Translations under genes and position numbers: made by a program
In this document: piece after piece, positions 1-10,153 of the stretch
How the letters are laid out: every line of letters starts with the position of its first letter
Position numbering within the stretch: position 1 is the stretch's first letter
Assembly (NCBI GenBank): GCA_017940575.1
Contig: JAGAYJ010000015.1
Location: 17,083 to 81,082, forward strand
Source of the DNA: Bacilli bacterium
Lineage (GTDB): Bacteria; Bacillota_I; Bacilli_A; RF39; UBA660
Length of the DNA: 64,000 nt
Direction of reading: 5' to 3'
The notes under the pieces: generated by a model
Seen by the model: only the letters and a program-made list of their open reading frames with translations
What the model was told of the DNA's origin: nothing
The model's database searches: none

Positions 1-433
1 ATAAATAAAGAATTAAGTGGTAATGTAAACCAATTTAATAAATTAAATATTATTTTAACTGATAATTATTTACTAACATATAGTAAAAAGTTGTTATGTT
101 TTAACTATAGCGATATATTTATGATATATAAGCAAAAAGTAACAACTAAAAGAATAACTAATTATTTTTTACATATAATAGATAAAAGTGGTAAAACATA
201 TCAATTAGGTTCTTCAAATCAATTTGCGACTAAGCGTTTAAATGAGATTGATGATATAATAAATATGGTATCTTTAAAAAATCCAAAAGTACTTATTGAT
301 CAAACAAAAGAAAACAATGAGCTTTTAAAAGAACTTAGAAAAGAAATAAAAAATAATAAAAAAAATAAAATTACAAATTAATTGTAATTTTTTTTAACTC
401 GTTATATAATTTATATAGAATAAGAGGGATAAT

Positions 434-1498
434 ATGGAAACACTTAGTAATTATATAAAGTATTTTAAAGATGTACCATTTAGTGAAAGTCCATTCAATG
501 ATGTTGATAACATAATTTTTTCAACACTAGTATATTTAGATTTTAAAGAATTAGTAAATAAACCTATTACAATGAAAGAATTAGGTAAAAAATTCTTTAA
601 TAAAATTGACTATAGAGAAATAAAGAAAAATGCAATTATAGTTAGAAGAACTGTTGATAATTTTGAACTATTATTTAATGGTGACAGATATAAAAATATA
701 ATAGTGTCTGATTATGTAAAACATGTGGATAATGAAAAACAATTTTGTGCTGTTAAATTTAAAAGTGATGATTTTACGTATATTGCATATGAAGGAACAG
801 ATGATTCTATAGTAGGGTGGATGGAAGATTGTCAAATGATTTATAAGTTTCCAGTTCCTGCCCAAAAATTGGCAATTGATTATATAAATAAAACAGTTAA
901 ACTATCTGATAAAAAAATTATTGTTGGAGGACACTCTAAAGGTGGAAATTTAGCTATGACGGCAAGTATGTATGCTAAAAGTCATATTAAAAAAAGAATA
1001 ATTAGAGTATATAACAACGATGGACCAGGGTTTAGAATAAAAGAATATGAATCTCTTGCTTTCAAGGAAATGGAGAAGAAACTTAGAATGTTTGTTCCGG
1101 AGGAATCAGCTGTTGGAATGCTACTTAGAAATACTAAAAATATTAAGGTAGTTAAAAGCAGCGGAAAAGGATTATTTCAACATAATCCTAACAACTGGAA
1201 ATGTTATGGACCAATATTTTTAACAGGTACATTGTCAGATGGAAGTAGCGATATACATAAAAAAGCTATTACTTGGTTAAATAGACATAGTGATGATAAA
1301 AGAGCAAAAATGGTTGACTCACTATTTGATGTGATCAAAAAAAGTGATATCACATTATTTAGTGAATTAAGACAAATTAGATTAACTAGATTTTTAAAGC
1401 TACTTAAGGCAAGTAAAGAACTTGATAAAGAATCAAAAGATTTATTTTTAAGCGCTTTAAAAGTATTAATATTTAAAGATGATGACTTAATTGATTAA
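434..1498 (+). CDS. Alpha/beta hydrolase of the DUF2974 / Mbeg1-like (lipase-like) family
   Basis: GGHSKGGNLAMTAS nucleophile-elbow motif (G-H-S-x-G); size and N-terminal region typical of the DUF2974 family; ATG preceded by AGAGGGA RBS. Confidence 0.6.
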   Translation: METLSNYIKYFKDVPFSESPFNDVDNIIFSTLVYLDFKELVNKPITMKELGKKFFNKIDYREIKKNAIIVRRTVDNFELLFNGDRYKNIIVSDYVKHVDNEKQFCAVKFKSDDFTYIAYEGTDDSIVGWMEDCQMIYKFPVPAQKLAIDYINKTVKLSDKKIIVGGHSKGGNLAMTASMYAKSHIKKRIIRVYNNDGPGFRIKEYESLAFKEMEKKLRMFVPEESAVGMLLRNTKNIKVVKSSGKGLFQHNPNNWKCYGPIFLTGTLSDGSSDIHKKAITWLNRHSDDKRAKMVDSLFDVIKKSDITLFSELRQIRLTRFLKLLKASKELDKESKDLFLSALKVLIFKDDDLID

Positions 1499-1525
1499 AA
1501 AATAACAAATAAATAAAAAAACATA

Positions 1526-1555
1526 TTGACATTAAAAAATATAATGTGTTATAAT
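1526..1555 (+). promoter_or_regulatory. SigA-type promoter for tRNA-Ala (TTGACA, 18-nt spacer, TG-n-TATAAT)
   Basis: TTGACA at 1526-1531, extended -10 TGtTATAAT at 1547-1555, about 16 nt upstream of tRNA 5' end. Confidence 0.6.
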
Positions 1556-1571
1556 TTATTTGTTCTTTTAT

Positions 1572-1648
1572 GGGGAATTAGCTCAGTTGGCTAGAGCGCC
1601 ACGCTTGCACCGTGGAGGTCAAGGGTTCGAATCCCTCATTCTCCACCA
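1572..1648 (+). tRNA. tRNA-Ala (anticodon TGC)
   Basis: Cloverleaf GGGGAAT acceptor with G3:U70 Ala identity pair, anticodon loop CTTGCAC, GGTTCGAATCC T-arm, encoded CCA. Confidence 0.9.
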
Positions 1649-1660
1649 TATTGAATATAA

Positions 1661-1690
1661 ATCGCAAATGCGATTTTTTTTATTTATTGT
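1661..1690 (+). terminator. Rho-independent terminator after tRNA-Ala
   Basis: aatcgcaaatgcgatt hairpin followed by a run of 8 T. Confidence 0.75.
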
Positions 1691-1712
1691 GTTATAATGA
1701 TTTTGGTGATTT

Positions 1713-2405
1713 ATGAAGAAAAATATATATAAAATAGATAATAGTATTGAAAAAATATATATGGGACGAAATACTATGTTTTTAGATATGTCTGAATTTA
1801 AAAGAGTAAAAGCTAAATTAAAAGGAATTAACTATAATGTATATTATCCATATAAAGATAGTGAAAAAGTAATAATTTATACAAATAATCTACCAGATGT
1901 CACACTATTTAAAATAAATACTAATCATATTTTAACTCATCCAAGTGTTCTAGGTAGTATCATGTCTTTAAATATAGATTCAAACTATTTAGGAGATATT
2001 ATAATTGATAACAATAACTATTATTTTTATATTATGAGTGATCTTAAAAACTATATAAAACATAATTTAACAAGTATTGGAAATATTAAAATAACTTTAA
2101 AAGAAATTGATTTAAGAAGCCTTGAAAACTACGAGAGAAAATATATAGAAGAAAGTGTCATTGTATCAAGTCTTAGAATTGATAATGTAATATCTAAAAT
2201 AATAAAGACAAATAGAGAAAATGTGCTTAGTAAAATAAAAAATGATGAAGTTATATTAAACTGCGAAATACTTTCTAAAAATACTTATATATTAAAAGAA
2301 AATGATATATTTAGTATAAGAAGATGTGGTAAATATAAGTATATAGGTAATATTAAAAGTACAAAAAAAGATAACTATATAATTAAATATTTAAAATATA
2401 TTTAA
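1713..2405 (+). CDS. ylmH: YlmH-like S4-domain RNA-binding protein
   Basis: Collinear similarity to B. subtilis YlmH blocks (LTHPSVLGSIMSLNI..GDIII; VIVSSLRIDNVISKI; C-terminal TKKDN S4-like tail); GGTGA RBS. Confidence 0.6.
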   Translation: MKKNIYKIDNSIEKIYMGRNTMFLDMSEFKRVKAKLKGINYNVYYPYKDSEKVIIYTNNLPDVTLFKINTNHILTHPSVLGSIMSLNIDSNYLGDIIIDNNNYYFYIMSDLKNYIKHNLTSIGNIKITLKEIDLRSLENYERKYIEESVIVSSLRIDNVISKIIKTNRENVLSKIKNDEVILNCEILSKNTYILKENDIFSIRRCGKYKYIGNIKSTKKDNYIIKYLKYI

Positions 2406-2446
2406 AAAAGTTTAAATATAATGTATAATCTAATGAGGTGATTTAT

Positions 2447-3634
2447 ATGTTTAAAATAATTATGATTAAATATGGTGAGTTAACAACTAAAAAAGCAAAT
2501 AGAAAATTCTTTATAGAAACACTTACTCGAAACATTGAAAGAGTGTTAGAAAATTATAGTGTTAAAATAACTAAAGATAGAGTAAGAATGTATATTGAAT
2601 TTAATGAACGTGATTTAAATGGAGTATTAGCTTCTTTAAAAAAAGTCTTTGGTCTTCACGGTATAGTTGTTGCAACTCGTGTTAATAATAATATTGATGA
2701 TATAAAAATGTGTGTTTTAGATAGTATTAAAAATTTAAATGCAAATACATTTAAAGTTGAAACAAAAAGAGCAGATAAAAGTTTTCCTATTCAATCTATG
2801 GAGTTTAATAATGTAATAGGTGGCTTGATCCTTAAAAATACAAATCTAAAAGTTGATGTACATAATCCAGATTTAACTGTTCATATTGAAATACGACCTG
2901 AAGGTACATTTGTCTATACAAATGAAATTAGAGGAATTGGAGGATACCCTGTAGGTATTCAAGGAAAAGGACTTTTAATGTTATCCGGAGGAATTGACTC
3001 TCCAGTTGCTGGTTATTTAGCTCTTAAACGAGGTGTGGATTTAGAATGCTTATATTTTGATTCACCTCCACACACAAGTCAAGAAGCAAAAAATAAAGTA
3101 ATAGATTTAGCAAATATTATCAATGAATATTCAGGACACATAAAAGTAAATGTTGTACCTTTTACTAAAATTCAAGAAGAAATATATAAAAATGTACCAG
3201 ACAGTTATATTATTACCATAATGAGAAGAATGATGTATAGAATAGCAACCAAAGTTTGTCAAAAAAATAAACTTAAAGTAATTATAAATGGTGAGTCTAT
3301 TGGACAAGTTGCTAGCCAAACTTTAACAAGTATGATTGCTATAAATAGTGTAACAAACATGCCTGTAATTAGACCAGTTGCTTGTATGGATAAATTAGAG
3401 ATTATTGATATTGCAAAACAAATTAATACATATGAAACAAGTATACTTCCTTATGAAGATTGCTGTACTATATTCTTACCAAAACATCCAGTAATAAATC
3501 CAGAAGTTGAAAAATGTATAAAATATGAAAAATCATTTGACTTTGAATCTTTAATAGATGAAGCTATTAATAATATTGAAGTTATTAAAGACTTAAATAC
3601 AAAGTCTAATGATGAATTTTCTGAATTGCTATAA
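2447..3634 (+). CDS. thiI: tRNA 4-thiouridine(8) synthase ThiI
   Basis: N-terminal IKYGELTTKKANR (THUMP) region, PP-loop SGGIDSPVAG motif, about 395 aa; GAGGTG RBS 6 nt upstream of ATG 2447. Confidence 0.9.
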   Translation: MFKIIMIKYGELTTKKANRKFFIETLTRNIERVLENYSVKITKDRVRMYIEFNERDLNGVLASLKKVFGLHGIVVATRVNNNIDDIKMCVLDSIKNLNANTFKVETKRADKSFPIQSMEFNNVIGGLILKNTNLKVDVHNPDLTVHIEIRPEGTFVYTNEIRGIGGYPVGIQGKGLLMLSGGIDSPVAGYLALKRGVDLECLYFDSPPHTSQEAKNKVIDLANIINEYSGHIKVNVVPFTKIQEEIYKNVPDSYIITIMRRMMYRIATKVCQKNKLKVIINGESIGQVASQTLTSMIAINSVTNMPVIRPVACMDKLEIIDIAKQINTYETSILPYEDCCTIFLPKHPVINPEVEKCIKYEKSFDFESLIDEAINNIEVIKDLNTKSNDEFSELL

Positions 3635-3704
3635 TTTACCAAATAAATTTTGACATATTATTTAAACTTCCGTACAAATTATTAGTGTACGGGAGGTGAA
3701 TACA

Positions 3705-3908
3705 ATGAATAATAAAAATTCAAACAGACTACATGTACCAGGTGCAAAACAAGCTATCGAAAAAATGAAATATGAAATAGCTAATGAATTAGGTGTTAAT
3801 ATGGGACCTGATGCAACTAGTAGAGCTAACGGATCTGTTGGTGGAGAAATCACTAAAAGATTAGTTCAAATGGCTGAACAAAGTTTAACAGGAAATTATA
3901 ATAAATAA
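3705..3908 (+). CDS. ssp: Alpha/beta-type small acid-soluble spore protein (SASP)
   Basis: [23 protein letters not shown]...[18 protein letters not shown] is the canonical alpha/beta SASP signature; GGGAGG RBS. Confidence 0.9.
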   Translation: MNNKNSNRLHVPGAKQAIEKMKYEIANELGVNMGPDATSRANGSVGGEITKRLVQMAEQSLTGNYNK

Positions 3909-3910
3909 TT

Positions 3911-3940
3911 ATAAAGACAGTCTTATAAAACTGTCTTTTT
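3911..3940 (+). terminator. Bidirectional intrinsic terminator (aaagacagtcttataaaactgtcttttttct)
   Basis: Perfect stem agacagt..actgtct with an A-run before and a T-run after; it sits between the convergent SASP gene and a minus-strand small gene. Confidence 0.7.
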
Positions 3941-3941
3941 T

Positions 3942-4121
3942 CTATCTACAATATGGACATGGATAATATGGATAAACAGGATATGGTGGATAATAAACAG
4001 GTCTATTAAATCCAGGGCTAACGAGTGCACCTGTAATACCACCTAAGATAAATGGACCTAAAAATCCGCCACCAATAAATCTATCAGATGTTCTATAAGG
4101 CATTCTATAGTTTTGATTCAT
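3942..4121 (-). CDS. Small Gly/Pro/Tyr-rich protein (59 aa), possible spore coat or surface protein
   Basis: Not in ORF track (59 aa). Minus-strand ATG at 4121 preceded by AAAGGAG RBS. Translation MNQNYRMPYRTSDRFIGGGFLGPFILGGITGALVSPGFNRPVYYPPYPVYPYYPCPYCR; ends at the bidirectional terminator. Confidence 0.45.
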   Translation of the reverse strand: MNQNYRMPYRTSDRFIGGGFLGPFILGGITGALVSPGFNRPVYYPPYPVYPYYPCPYCR

Positions 4122-4200
4122 ACGAAAACTCCTTTCACCATATTGTATGTAAACTAATTATAATTGTGAAAAATAGTCATATTATTTATTAGGTGATAGT

Positions 4201-4968
4201 GTGTATAAATTTTTTAAAAAAATAGGACTTGTTTTATTAGTAATAGGAAGTTTTATTTATACTGAAAAAGCAGCACTTGTAGTAAAAGAATATGATAAAT
4301 TAATGATTGAACTAAAAGAAAAAGCCTCTACTCTTAATTCTAATGTAAAAGAAGCAATTATTAAAGATAATAATATTATACCTGGTATTAGTGGTAGAAT
4401 AGTCAATATAGATAAGTCTTATAGTAAAATGAGAGAGTATTCTAAATTTGATTTAGATTTAATTGTGTATAACAAAACTTATCCAAAAAAAAGATTAATA
4501 GATAATAAAGATAAATTTATTATAAAGACTCAAAAAGAAGAAGTGGCTTTAATTATTAAAATAGTGGGAATAATAAATAATGAAATATTAGATATAGGTG
4601 ATAATGTAAGTTTTTATGCTGATAGTGCAACGATAAAGAATAATAAAGAGTTAATTAATAAATTATCAAAAAGACATACTATATTGAGCAATAATAATAA
4701 ATTTTTAAAACAAATAATTGGTCAAAAAAATGGATTTTGTCTAACTGAAGAATATGATAAAGAAATTTTAAAAAAGTGTTTTAAAAATAGTGATTTTACA
4801 ATTGTGCCAAGTATAGTTTTAAAAGATAATAATATGTATAAATTGAATAAAAATCTTGATAAAGGAGTTATTATATTATCTACAATGAACAATTATAAAA
4901 CAGTCTTAAAGTATATTAAAAATAAGGGATATAAAATTGTATCAATAGATGAATTGTTGAGTGAATAG
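4201..4968 (+). CDS. Hypothetical membrane-anchored protein (N-terminal TM helix; C-terminus ends GYKIVSIDELL as in polysaccharide-deacetylase-like proteins but NodB catalytic motifs not seen)
   Basis: ORF with N-terminal hydrophobic helix; no catalytic motifs recognised. Confidence 0.35.
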   Translation: MYKFFKKIGLVLLVIGSFIYTEKAALVVKEYDKLMIELKEKASTLNSNVKEAIIKDNNIIPGISGRIVNIDKSYSKMREYSKFDLDLIVYNKTYPKKRLIDNKDKFIIKTQKEEVALIIKIVGIINNEILDIGDNVSFYADSATIKNNKELINKLSKRHTILSNNNKFLKQIIGQKNGFCLTEEYDKEILKKCFKNSDFTIVPSIVLKDNNMYKLNKNLDKGVIILSTMNNYKTVLKYIKNKGYKIVSIDELLSE

Positions 4969-5001
4969 TTAAAATATGCTATTATATTTACGGTGATATT
5001 T

Positions 5002-7155
5002 ATGAAAAAACCAGAACTTTTATCTCCAGCTGGTAATATGGAGTGTTTATATGCTGCTATAAATGCTGGAGCTGATGCAATATATTTAGGTGGAAAATTA
5101 TTTGGAGCACGCAGTTTTGCAGGTAATTTTACACGTGAAGAATTAATTAGTGCTATAAAATATGCTCATACATATGGAGTTAAAATATATGTAACAGTAA
5201 ATACAATGGTATATGAAGAAGAAGTTGAATCATTTTTAGAGTATGTAGATTTCTTGCACAAAAATAATGTAGATGCTTTAATTATTCAAGACTTAGGAAT
5301 GATGGATCTACTTAGAAAAACATATCCTAATTTAGAACTTCATGCATCAACTCAAATGAATGTTCATAATGTAGAAGGTGTTAAATTTTTGAGTGATTTA
5401 GGCCTTAAAAGAGTAGTACTTGCACGTGAAACTAATATAGAAAAAATAAGAGAAATTAAAAGCAAAGTAGATTGTGAGTTAGAAGTATTCTCTCAAGGAG
5501 CACTTTGTCTAAGCTATTCTGGTGAATGTTTAATGAGTAGTCTAATAGGTGGTAGAAGTGGTAACCGTGGAACATGTAGTCAATGTTGTCGTATGCCATA
5601 TGATTTAATAAGTGATGGTAAAATAATCAATAAAAATAAATATCTACTTAGTACAAAAGACTTAAATACATTAGAAAACCTTCCTCTTTTAATAGAAGCA
5701 GGTGTTGACTCATTAAAAATAGAAGGTAGGATGAAAAGAAAAGAATATGTCTATTTAATGACTAAGATATATAGAACAGCTATTGATAACTATTTTGAAG
5801 GTAAGAAATTATTTACTAAAGAAGATATAATAGAAATGAAAAAAATGTTCAATAGAGAGTTCACAAAAGGATTCTTATTTAATGAATCTAATAGTAACTT
5901 TATAAATTCTTTTAGACCGAACCATATTGGTATAAAAATAGGTGAAGTAATTGGTAAAAATAGAATTAAACTAACAAGTGACATAAAACAAGGTGACGGT
6001 ATTAGAATAATAGGAACTAAGGATATAGGTTCAATTCTAAATAAAATATATAAAAATAAAAAATTAGTTAATGCTGCTTTTATTGGAGATATAATTGAAA
6101 TTGAACTTAAAGATAACGTAGCTGATGGTATAGTTGTACTTACAAGTTCAAAAGAACAATTAGATAGAATAGATAAAGAACTTTCTATATCTAAAAAAAT
6201 AAAAGTTAATATGAGTGTTAAAAATGAAGGAAGTTCTATAAAAGTATCTTTAACAGACTTTAAAAACACAGTATTTCTTGAAAAAAATATTGTTGAAAAA
6301 GCTATAAACGCTGGAACTAGCCATGATAGAATTATTGAACAATTAACTAAATTTGGTGATACACCATTTGTAATAAATGAAGTTACATCAAGTCTAGAAG
6401 ATAATATATTTGTAAGTATTAAAGAGCTTAATAACTTAAGAAGAGAATTAACTAATATGTTAATAGATAAAAGATGTTATAAAATAGACTATGTAAAAAA
6501 TGACTATTCAATAGATTTACATGATTATGATAAAACAAAAGATTATTCAGTTTTATTAAATGATGCAAAAGATTATGATTTAATAAAAAAATTCAAACTA
6601 GACGCTATTTATTCTGAAGATACTATAGAAGATTCTAGATTTGTAAGAAGAATACCTAGAGTTAACTTTGACTTATCAGATTACAGTGATAAATTACTTG
6701 TTGGTGATATTGGAGCACTAGCTAAATATAAAGACTTTGTAACAGATTTTAACTTTAATATATCTAATTCATATGCAGTTGCTTTTATGCATTCTATAGG
6801 TGCATCTAAAGTAACTTTATCATATGAACTAAAACCATTTCAAATAAAAAAAATAATTGATAAATATCATGAAAGATATAATAAACATCCAAATGTAGAA
6901 GTAATAATTTCATCTACTCCAGAGGTAATGATATCTAAATATGATATGTTAAAAGACTATAATATTAAAGAAGGTTATTTAAAAGATTCATTTAATAATA
7001 AGTTTAAAGTTGTATCAAAAGATAATTTAATGACTATTTACAATTTTAAAAAGATTATAGTTCTAGATAATCTACACCAAATTGGTGTTAACTCACTTAG
7101 AATTCATTTTGAAGATAAAGATGATTTAGAATTATTAGATAGTTTAGTAAAATAA
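5002..7155 (+). CDS. Peptidase U32 family protein (collagenase-like / tRNA hydroxylation accessory family), long form
   Basis: N-terminal KPELLSPAGN..AAINAGADAIYLGG and E..SQGALC..SGEC U32 signature blocks; 717 aa with C-terminal extension. Confidence 0.85.
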   Translation: MKKPELLSPAGNMECLYAAINAGADAIYLGGKLFGARSFAGNFTREELISAIKYAHTYGVKIYVTVNTMVYEEEVESFLEYVDFLHKNNVDALIIQDLGMMDLLRKTYPNLELHASTQMNVHNVEGVKFLSDLGLKRVVLARETNIEKIREIKSKVDCELEVFSQGALCLSYSGECLMSSLIGGRSGNRGTCSQCCRMPYDLISDGKIINKNKYLLSTKDLNTLENLPLLIEAGVDSLKIEGRMKRKEYVYLMTKIYRTAIDNYFEGKKLFTKEDIIEMKKMFNREFTKGFLFNESNSNFINSFRPNHIGIKIGEVIGKNRIKLTSDIKQGDGIRIIGTKDIGSILNKIYKNKKLVNAAFIGDIIEIELKDNVADGIVVLTSSKEQLDRIDKELSISKKIKVNMSVKNEGSSIKVSLTDFKNTVFLEKNIVEKAINAGTSHDRIIEQLTKFGDTPFVINEVTSSLEDNIFVSIKELNNLRRELTNMLIDKRCYKIDYVKNDYSIDLHDYDKTKDYSVLLNDAKDYDLIKKFKLDAIYSEDTIEDSRFVRRIPRVNFDLSDYSDKLLVGDIGALAKYKDFVTDFNFNISNSYAVAFMHSIGASKVTLSYELKPFQIKKIIDKYHERYNKHPNVEVIISSTPEVMISKYDMLKDYNIKEGYLKDSFNNKFKVVSKDNLMTIYNFKKIIVLDNLHQIGVNSLRIHFEDKDDLELLDSLVK

Positions 7156-7288
7156 AAAAATTATGATTTTCATAATTTTTTTTAATTATTTGAAGGAAAT
7201 TTAGAAAATTTATCGTATGTTATTTATAGAGGATACTTAATGTACTAGTGATTATTCCTTGCTTTTAAATTGAAAGCGAGGTGGTTGT

Positions 7289-7366
7289 ATGACTAAAAGA
7301 GAAAGCATGCTTTACCTTATAATCATTCTCCTTATACTAATTATATTTATACTACTGTATAAGTAA
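7289..7366 (+). CDS. Small hydrophobic membrane peptide (25 aa) MTKRESMLYLIIILLILIIFILLYK
   Basis: Not in ORF track; ATG 7289 preceded by GAGGTGG RBS at ideal spacing; followed by strong terminator 7381-7416; paralog of the minus-strand peptide at 36190-36273. Confidence 0.4.
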   Translation: MTKRESMLYLIIILLILIIFILLYK

Positions 7367-7380
7367 TTAATATAAAAAAT

Positions 7381-7416
7381 AATCCTAGTGCCACAGGGGG
7401 TCACTAGGATTTTTTG
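7381..7416 (+). terminator. Intrinsic terminator (aatcctagtg ... cactaggatt + TTTTTT)
   Basis: 10-bp perfect stem with an 11-nt loop followed by a T-run. Confidence 0.8.
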
Positions 7417-7617
7417 CAAAAAAACTTTTTGCAAGGAATACCTAAACCTATTAGGTGCCCTCAACATAATTATATGATATTTATAACTTACAGTCAATTA
7501 TATTTAAAGATTTATATAATAAAATAAACATATTAAAGTGTATAATATAGTCAAATTTTACATGATTGACTATATTTTTTCAAATAAAAAAGATATAATA
7601 AATATGAGGTGTTTTAT

Positions 7618-9729
7618 ATGAGAGAACATATATTAGATATTTTAAAGAGTTCTGATAAAGCGTTATCTGCAACAGAAATCGCAGATAATTTAGGATATGC
7701 TGATGTAGAACATTTAACAGAAGTATTAAAAGTATTAAATGAGTTAGAAGAAAACTATACAGTTTATCACACAAATAAAGATAAATATATGTTATTTTCA
7801 AACAGTCATTTAAAAATAGGTACACTTTTATCTACAAAGAAAGATTTTGCTTTTGTAGATATTGATGGTGATGAAGATGTTTTTGTTCATTCATCAAATC
7901 TTAATGGAGCAATTCATAAAGATAAAGTAATAGTTGAAATAACATCAAAAGTAGGTTTAAAATTAGAAGGTAGAATTGTTAAAGTTGTAGATAGAAACTT
8001 AGATAATATAGTAGGTGAAATATATTATCATAATGGAAGAACTTGCTTAAAACTTGATGAAGAAAAATTTAAAATAAATGTTGTAATTGATCAAGATAAA
8101 ACACTAGGTGCTCTAGAAGGACACAAAGTTTTAGCTAAGGTAACTAATAGACTTGATAAAAATACTTATCGAGGTGAAGTATTAAAAATACTTGGACATA
8201 AAAATGATCCTGGTGTTGATATATTGTCAATTGTATATAAATATGGTATTAATGATGTATTTAATGAAAGAGTTCAAGAAGAATTAAAAAGTATTCCAGA
8301 TCATGTCTTAGATGAAGATAGAAAAGGAAGAAGAGATTTAACAGATCACATGATATTTACAATAGATGGAGACGATACAAAAGATATTGATGACGCTATT
8401 GAAGTTGAAAAACTATCTGATGGTTATAAACTAGGTGTTCATATAGCAGATGTTTCTTACTATGTAAAAGAAGGAACTGCTTTATATGATGAAGCAATGG
8501 ACAGAGGTACAAGTGTTTATTTAGCTGATAGAGTAATACCAATGCTTCCTCATAAACTTTCAAATGGTATATGTTCACTTAACCCTGGTGTAGATAGACT
8601 AGCTATATCATGTGTTATGACAATTGATAATAACGGAAATATTAAAGATTATGATATATTCCCTAGTGTTATTAGATCACGTATTCAAATGACTTATAAA
8701 AAAGTTAATAAAATATTAGAAGAAAACATAGTGCCAGAAGGATATGAAGAATATGCTGATACTCTTCGTACTATGAAAGAACTTGCTGATATTTTAAGAC
8801 AAAATAAAATAAATAGAGGTTATATTGACTTTGAAGTTGAAGAACCTAAAATTATAGTTGATGATGAAGGCAAAGCAATTGATATAAAGGTGAGAGAAAG
8901 AGGAGTTGGAGAAAAACTAATCGAAGATTTCATGATTGCTGCTAATGAAGCAGTTGCAACTTATATCTACTTCCTAGAGTATCCATTTATTTACCGTGTA
9001 CATGGAACTCCAAGTGAAGAGAAGATTCAATCATTTATGACATATATTGAATCTTGTGGATATAAACTTACTGGTAACTTTAAAGAAATATATCCTACTA
9101 CAATGCAAGAGATATTAAGACAGCTTAAAGATAAACCAGAATTTCCAATATTCTCAAGTCTACTACTTAGAAGTATGAGAAAAGCTGTATATGATACAAC
9201 TAATATTGGACACTTTGGACTTGCTAGTAAGTGTTACACTCACTTTACATCTCCAATTAGACGTTTCCCTGACACTACTGTACATAGACTTTTACACAAA
9301 TATATATTTGATGCAAATAACTCATATCAAACATTACAAATTGAAGAAATGAAACTTCCAGCAATCGCAGAACATTCTTCACAAAAGGAAAGAGATTCTG
9401 TTGATTGTGAAAGAGAAGTAGATGATATGAAAATGGCTGAATACATGATGAATCATGTGGGAGAAGAATTTACAGGAATGATTTCAAGTATTACTAAATT
9501 TGGTATGTTTATAATGCTTCCTAACTTAGTAGAAGGTTTAATTAGAGTTGAAGATTTAAAAGGTGACTATTATATGTTTGATGAATCAACAATTAAACTT
9601 ACTGGTAAAAAGGATAAAAAAGGTTATAGACTTGGTGATAAAGTAGAAGTTGTATGTACTGCTGCATCAAAAGAAGCAAAAACTATCGATTTTGTTTTAA
9701 AGAAAGACTATAATGGAAATCAAAAATAA
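7618..9729 (+). CDS. rnr: Ribonuclease R
   Basis: N-terminal HTH/cold-shock region, RNB catalytic core (DxxDIDDAI..., FTSPIRRFPDTTVHR), C-terminal S1 domain; GAGG RBS before ATG 7618. Confidence 0.9.
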   Translation: MREHILDILKSSDKALSATEIADNLGYADVEHLTEVLKVLNELEENYTVYHTNKDKYMLFSNSHLKIGTLLSTKKDFAFVDIDGDEDVFVHSSNLNGAIHKDKVIVEITSKVGLKLEGRIVKVVDRNLDNIVGEIYYHNGRTCLKLDEEKFKINVVIDQDKTLGALEGHKVLAKVTNRLDKNTYRGEVLKILGHKNDPGVDILSIVYKYGINDVFNERVQEELKSIPDHVLDEDRKGRRDLTDHMIFTIDGDDTKDIDDAIEVEKLSDGYKLGVHIADVSYYVKEGTALYDEAMDRGTSVYLADRVIPMLPHKLSNGICSLNPGVDRLAISCVMTIDNNGNIKDYDIFPSVIRSRIQMTYKKVNKILEENIVPEGYEEYADTLRTMKELADILRQNKINRGYIDFEVEEPKIIVDDEGKAIDIKVRERGVGEKLIEDFMIAANEAVATYIYFLEYPFIYRVHGTPSEEKIQSFMTYIESCGYKLTGNFKEIYPTTMQEILRQLKDKPEFPIFSSLLLRSMRKAVYDTTNIGHFGLASKCYTHFTSPIRRFPDTTVHRLLHKYIFDANNSYQTLQIEEMKLPAIAEHSSQKERDSVDCEREVDDMKMAEYMMNHVGEEFTGMISSITKFGMFIMLPNLVEGLIRVEDLKGDYYMFDESTIKLTGKKDKKGYRLGDKVEVVCTAASKEAKTIDFVLKKDYNGNQK

Positions 9730-10153
9730 AAAAGCTTACTTTGATTACGAAATTTTAGAAGAAATAGAAACAGGTATAGTACTTAAAGGAACTGAAATAA
9801 AATCGATAAGAGAAGGTAAAGCTAATTTAAGAGACAGTTATGCGATCATTAGAAATAATGAAGTGTATATTTTAAATATGCATATAAGTCAGTACGCTCA
9901 AGGAAATATATTTAATCATGAAGAGACTAGAACAAGAAAACTTTTACTTCATAAAAGAGAAATATTAAAATTAAGAGATAGTTTGGAACTAAAAGGTTTA
10001 ACCTTAGTTCCCTTGAAACTATACTTTAAAGGTAATCATGCTAAAATACTACTTGGCCTTGCTCGTGGTAAAAAGCTTTATGATAAAAGAGAATCAATTA
10101 AGAAAAGAGATAACTTAATTGAAATAAAAAAAGAGTTAAAAAAATTATATTGA
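9713..10153 (+). CDS. smpB: SsrA-binding protein SmpB
   Basis: KAYFDYEILEEIETGIVLKGTEIKSIR... canonical SmpB; overlaps rnr stop by 17 nt; immediately upstream of ssrA. Confidence 0.9.
   Translation: MEIKNKKAYFDYEILEEIETGIVLKGTEIKSIREGKANLRDSYAIIRNNEVYILNMHISQYAQGNIFNHEETRTRKLLLHKREILKLRDSLELKGLTLVPLKLYFKGNHAKILLGLARGKKLYDKRESIKKRDNLIEIKKELKKLY

Noticed and set aside
91-381. 96-aa ORF at the window start
   Set aside because: There is no recognisable motif and the start is uncertain at the window edge. It is left as an unannotated possible hypothetical gene.
5790-6269. 159-aa minus-strand ORF inside the U32 peptidase gene
   Set aside because: It is a shadow ORF opposite a well-supported long CDS. 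The same reasoning applies to 671-865, 3131-3319, 3451-3642, 3662-3853, 8396-8578, 12119-12364, 15380-15613, 16845-17036, 18215-18400, 20508-20690, 22304-22522, 29149-29370, 32944-33213, 33549-33743, 37301-37597, 41625-41859, 45466-45699, 46556-46744, 47003-47185, 48644-48865, 54278-54556, 54714-55262, 56385-57011, 57823-58011, 61871-62074 and 63126-63362.
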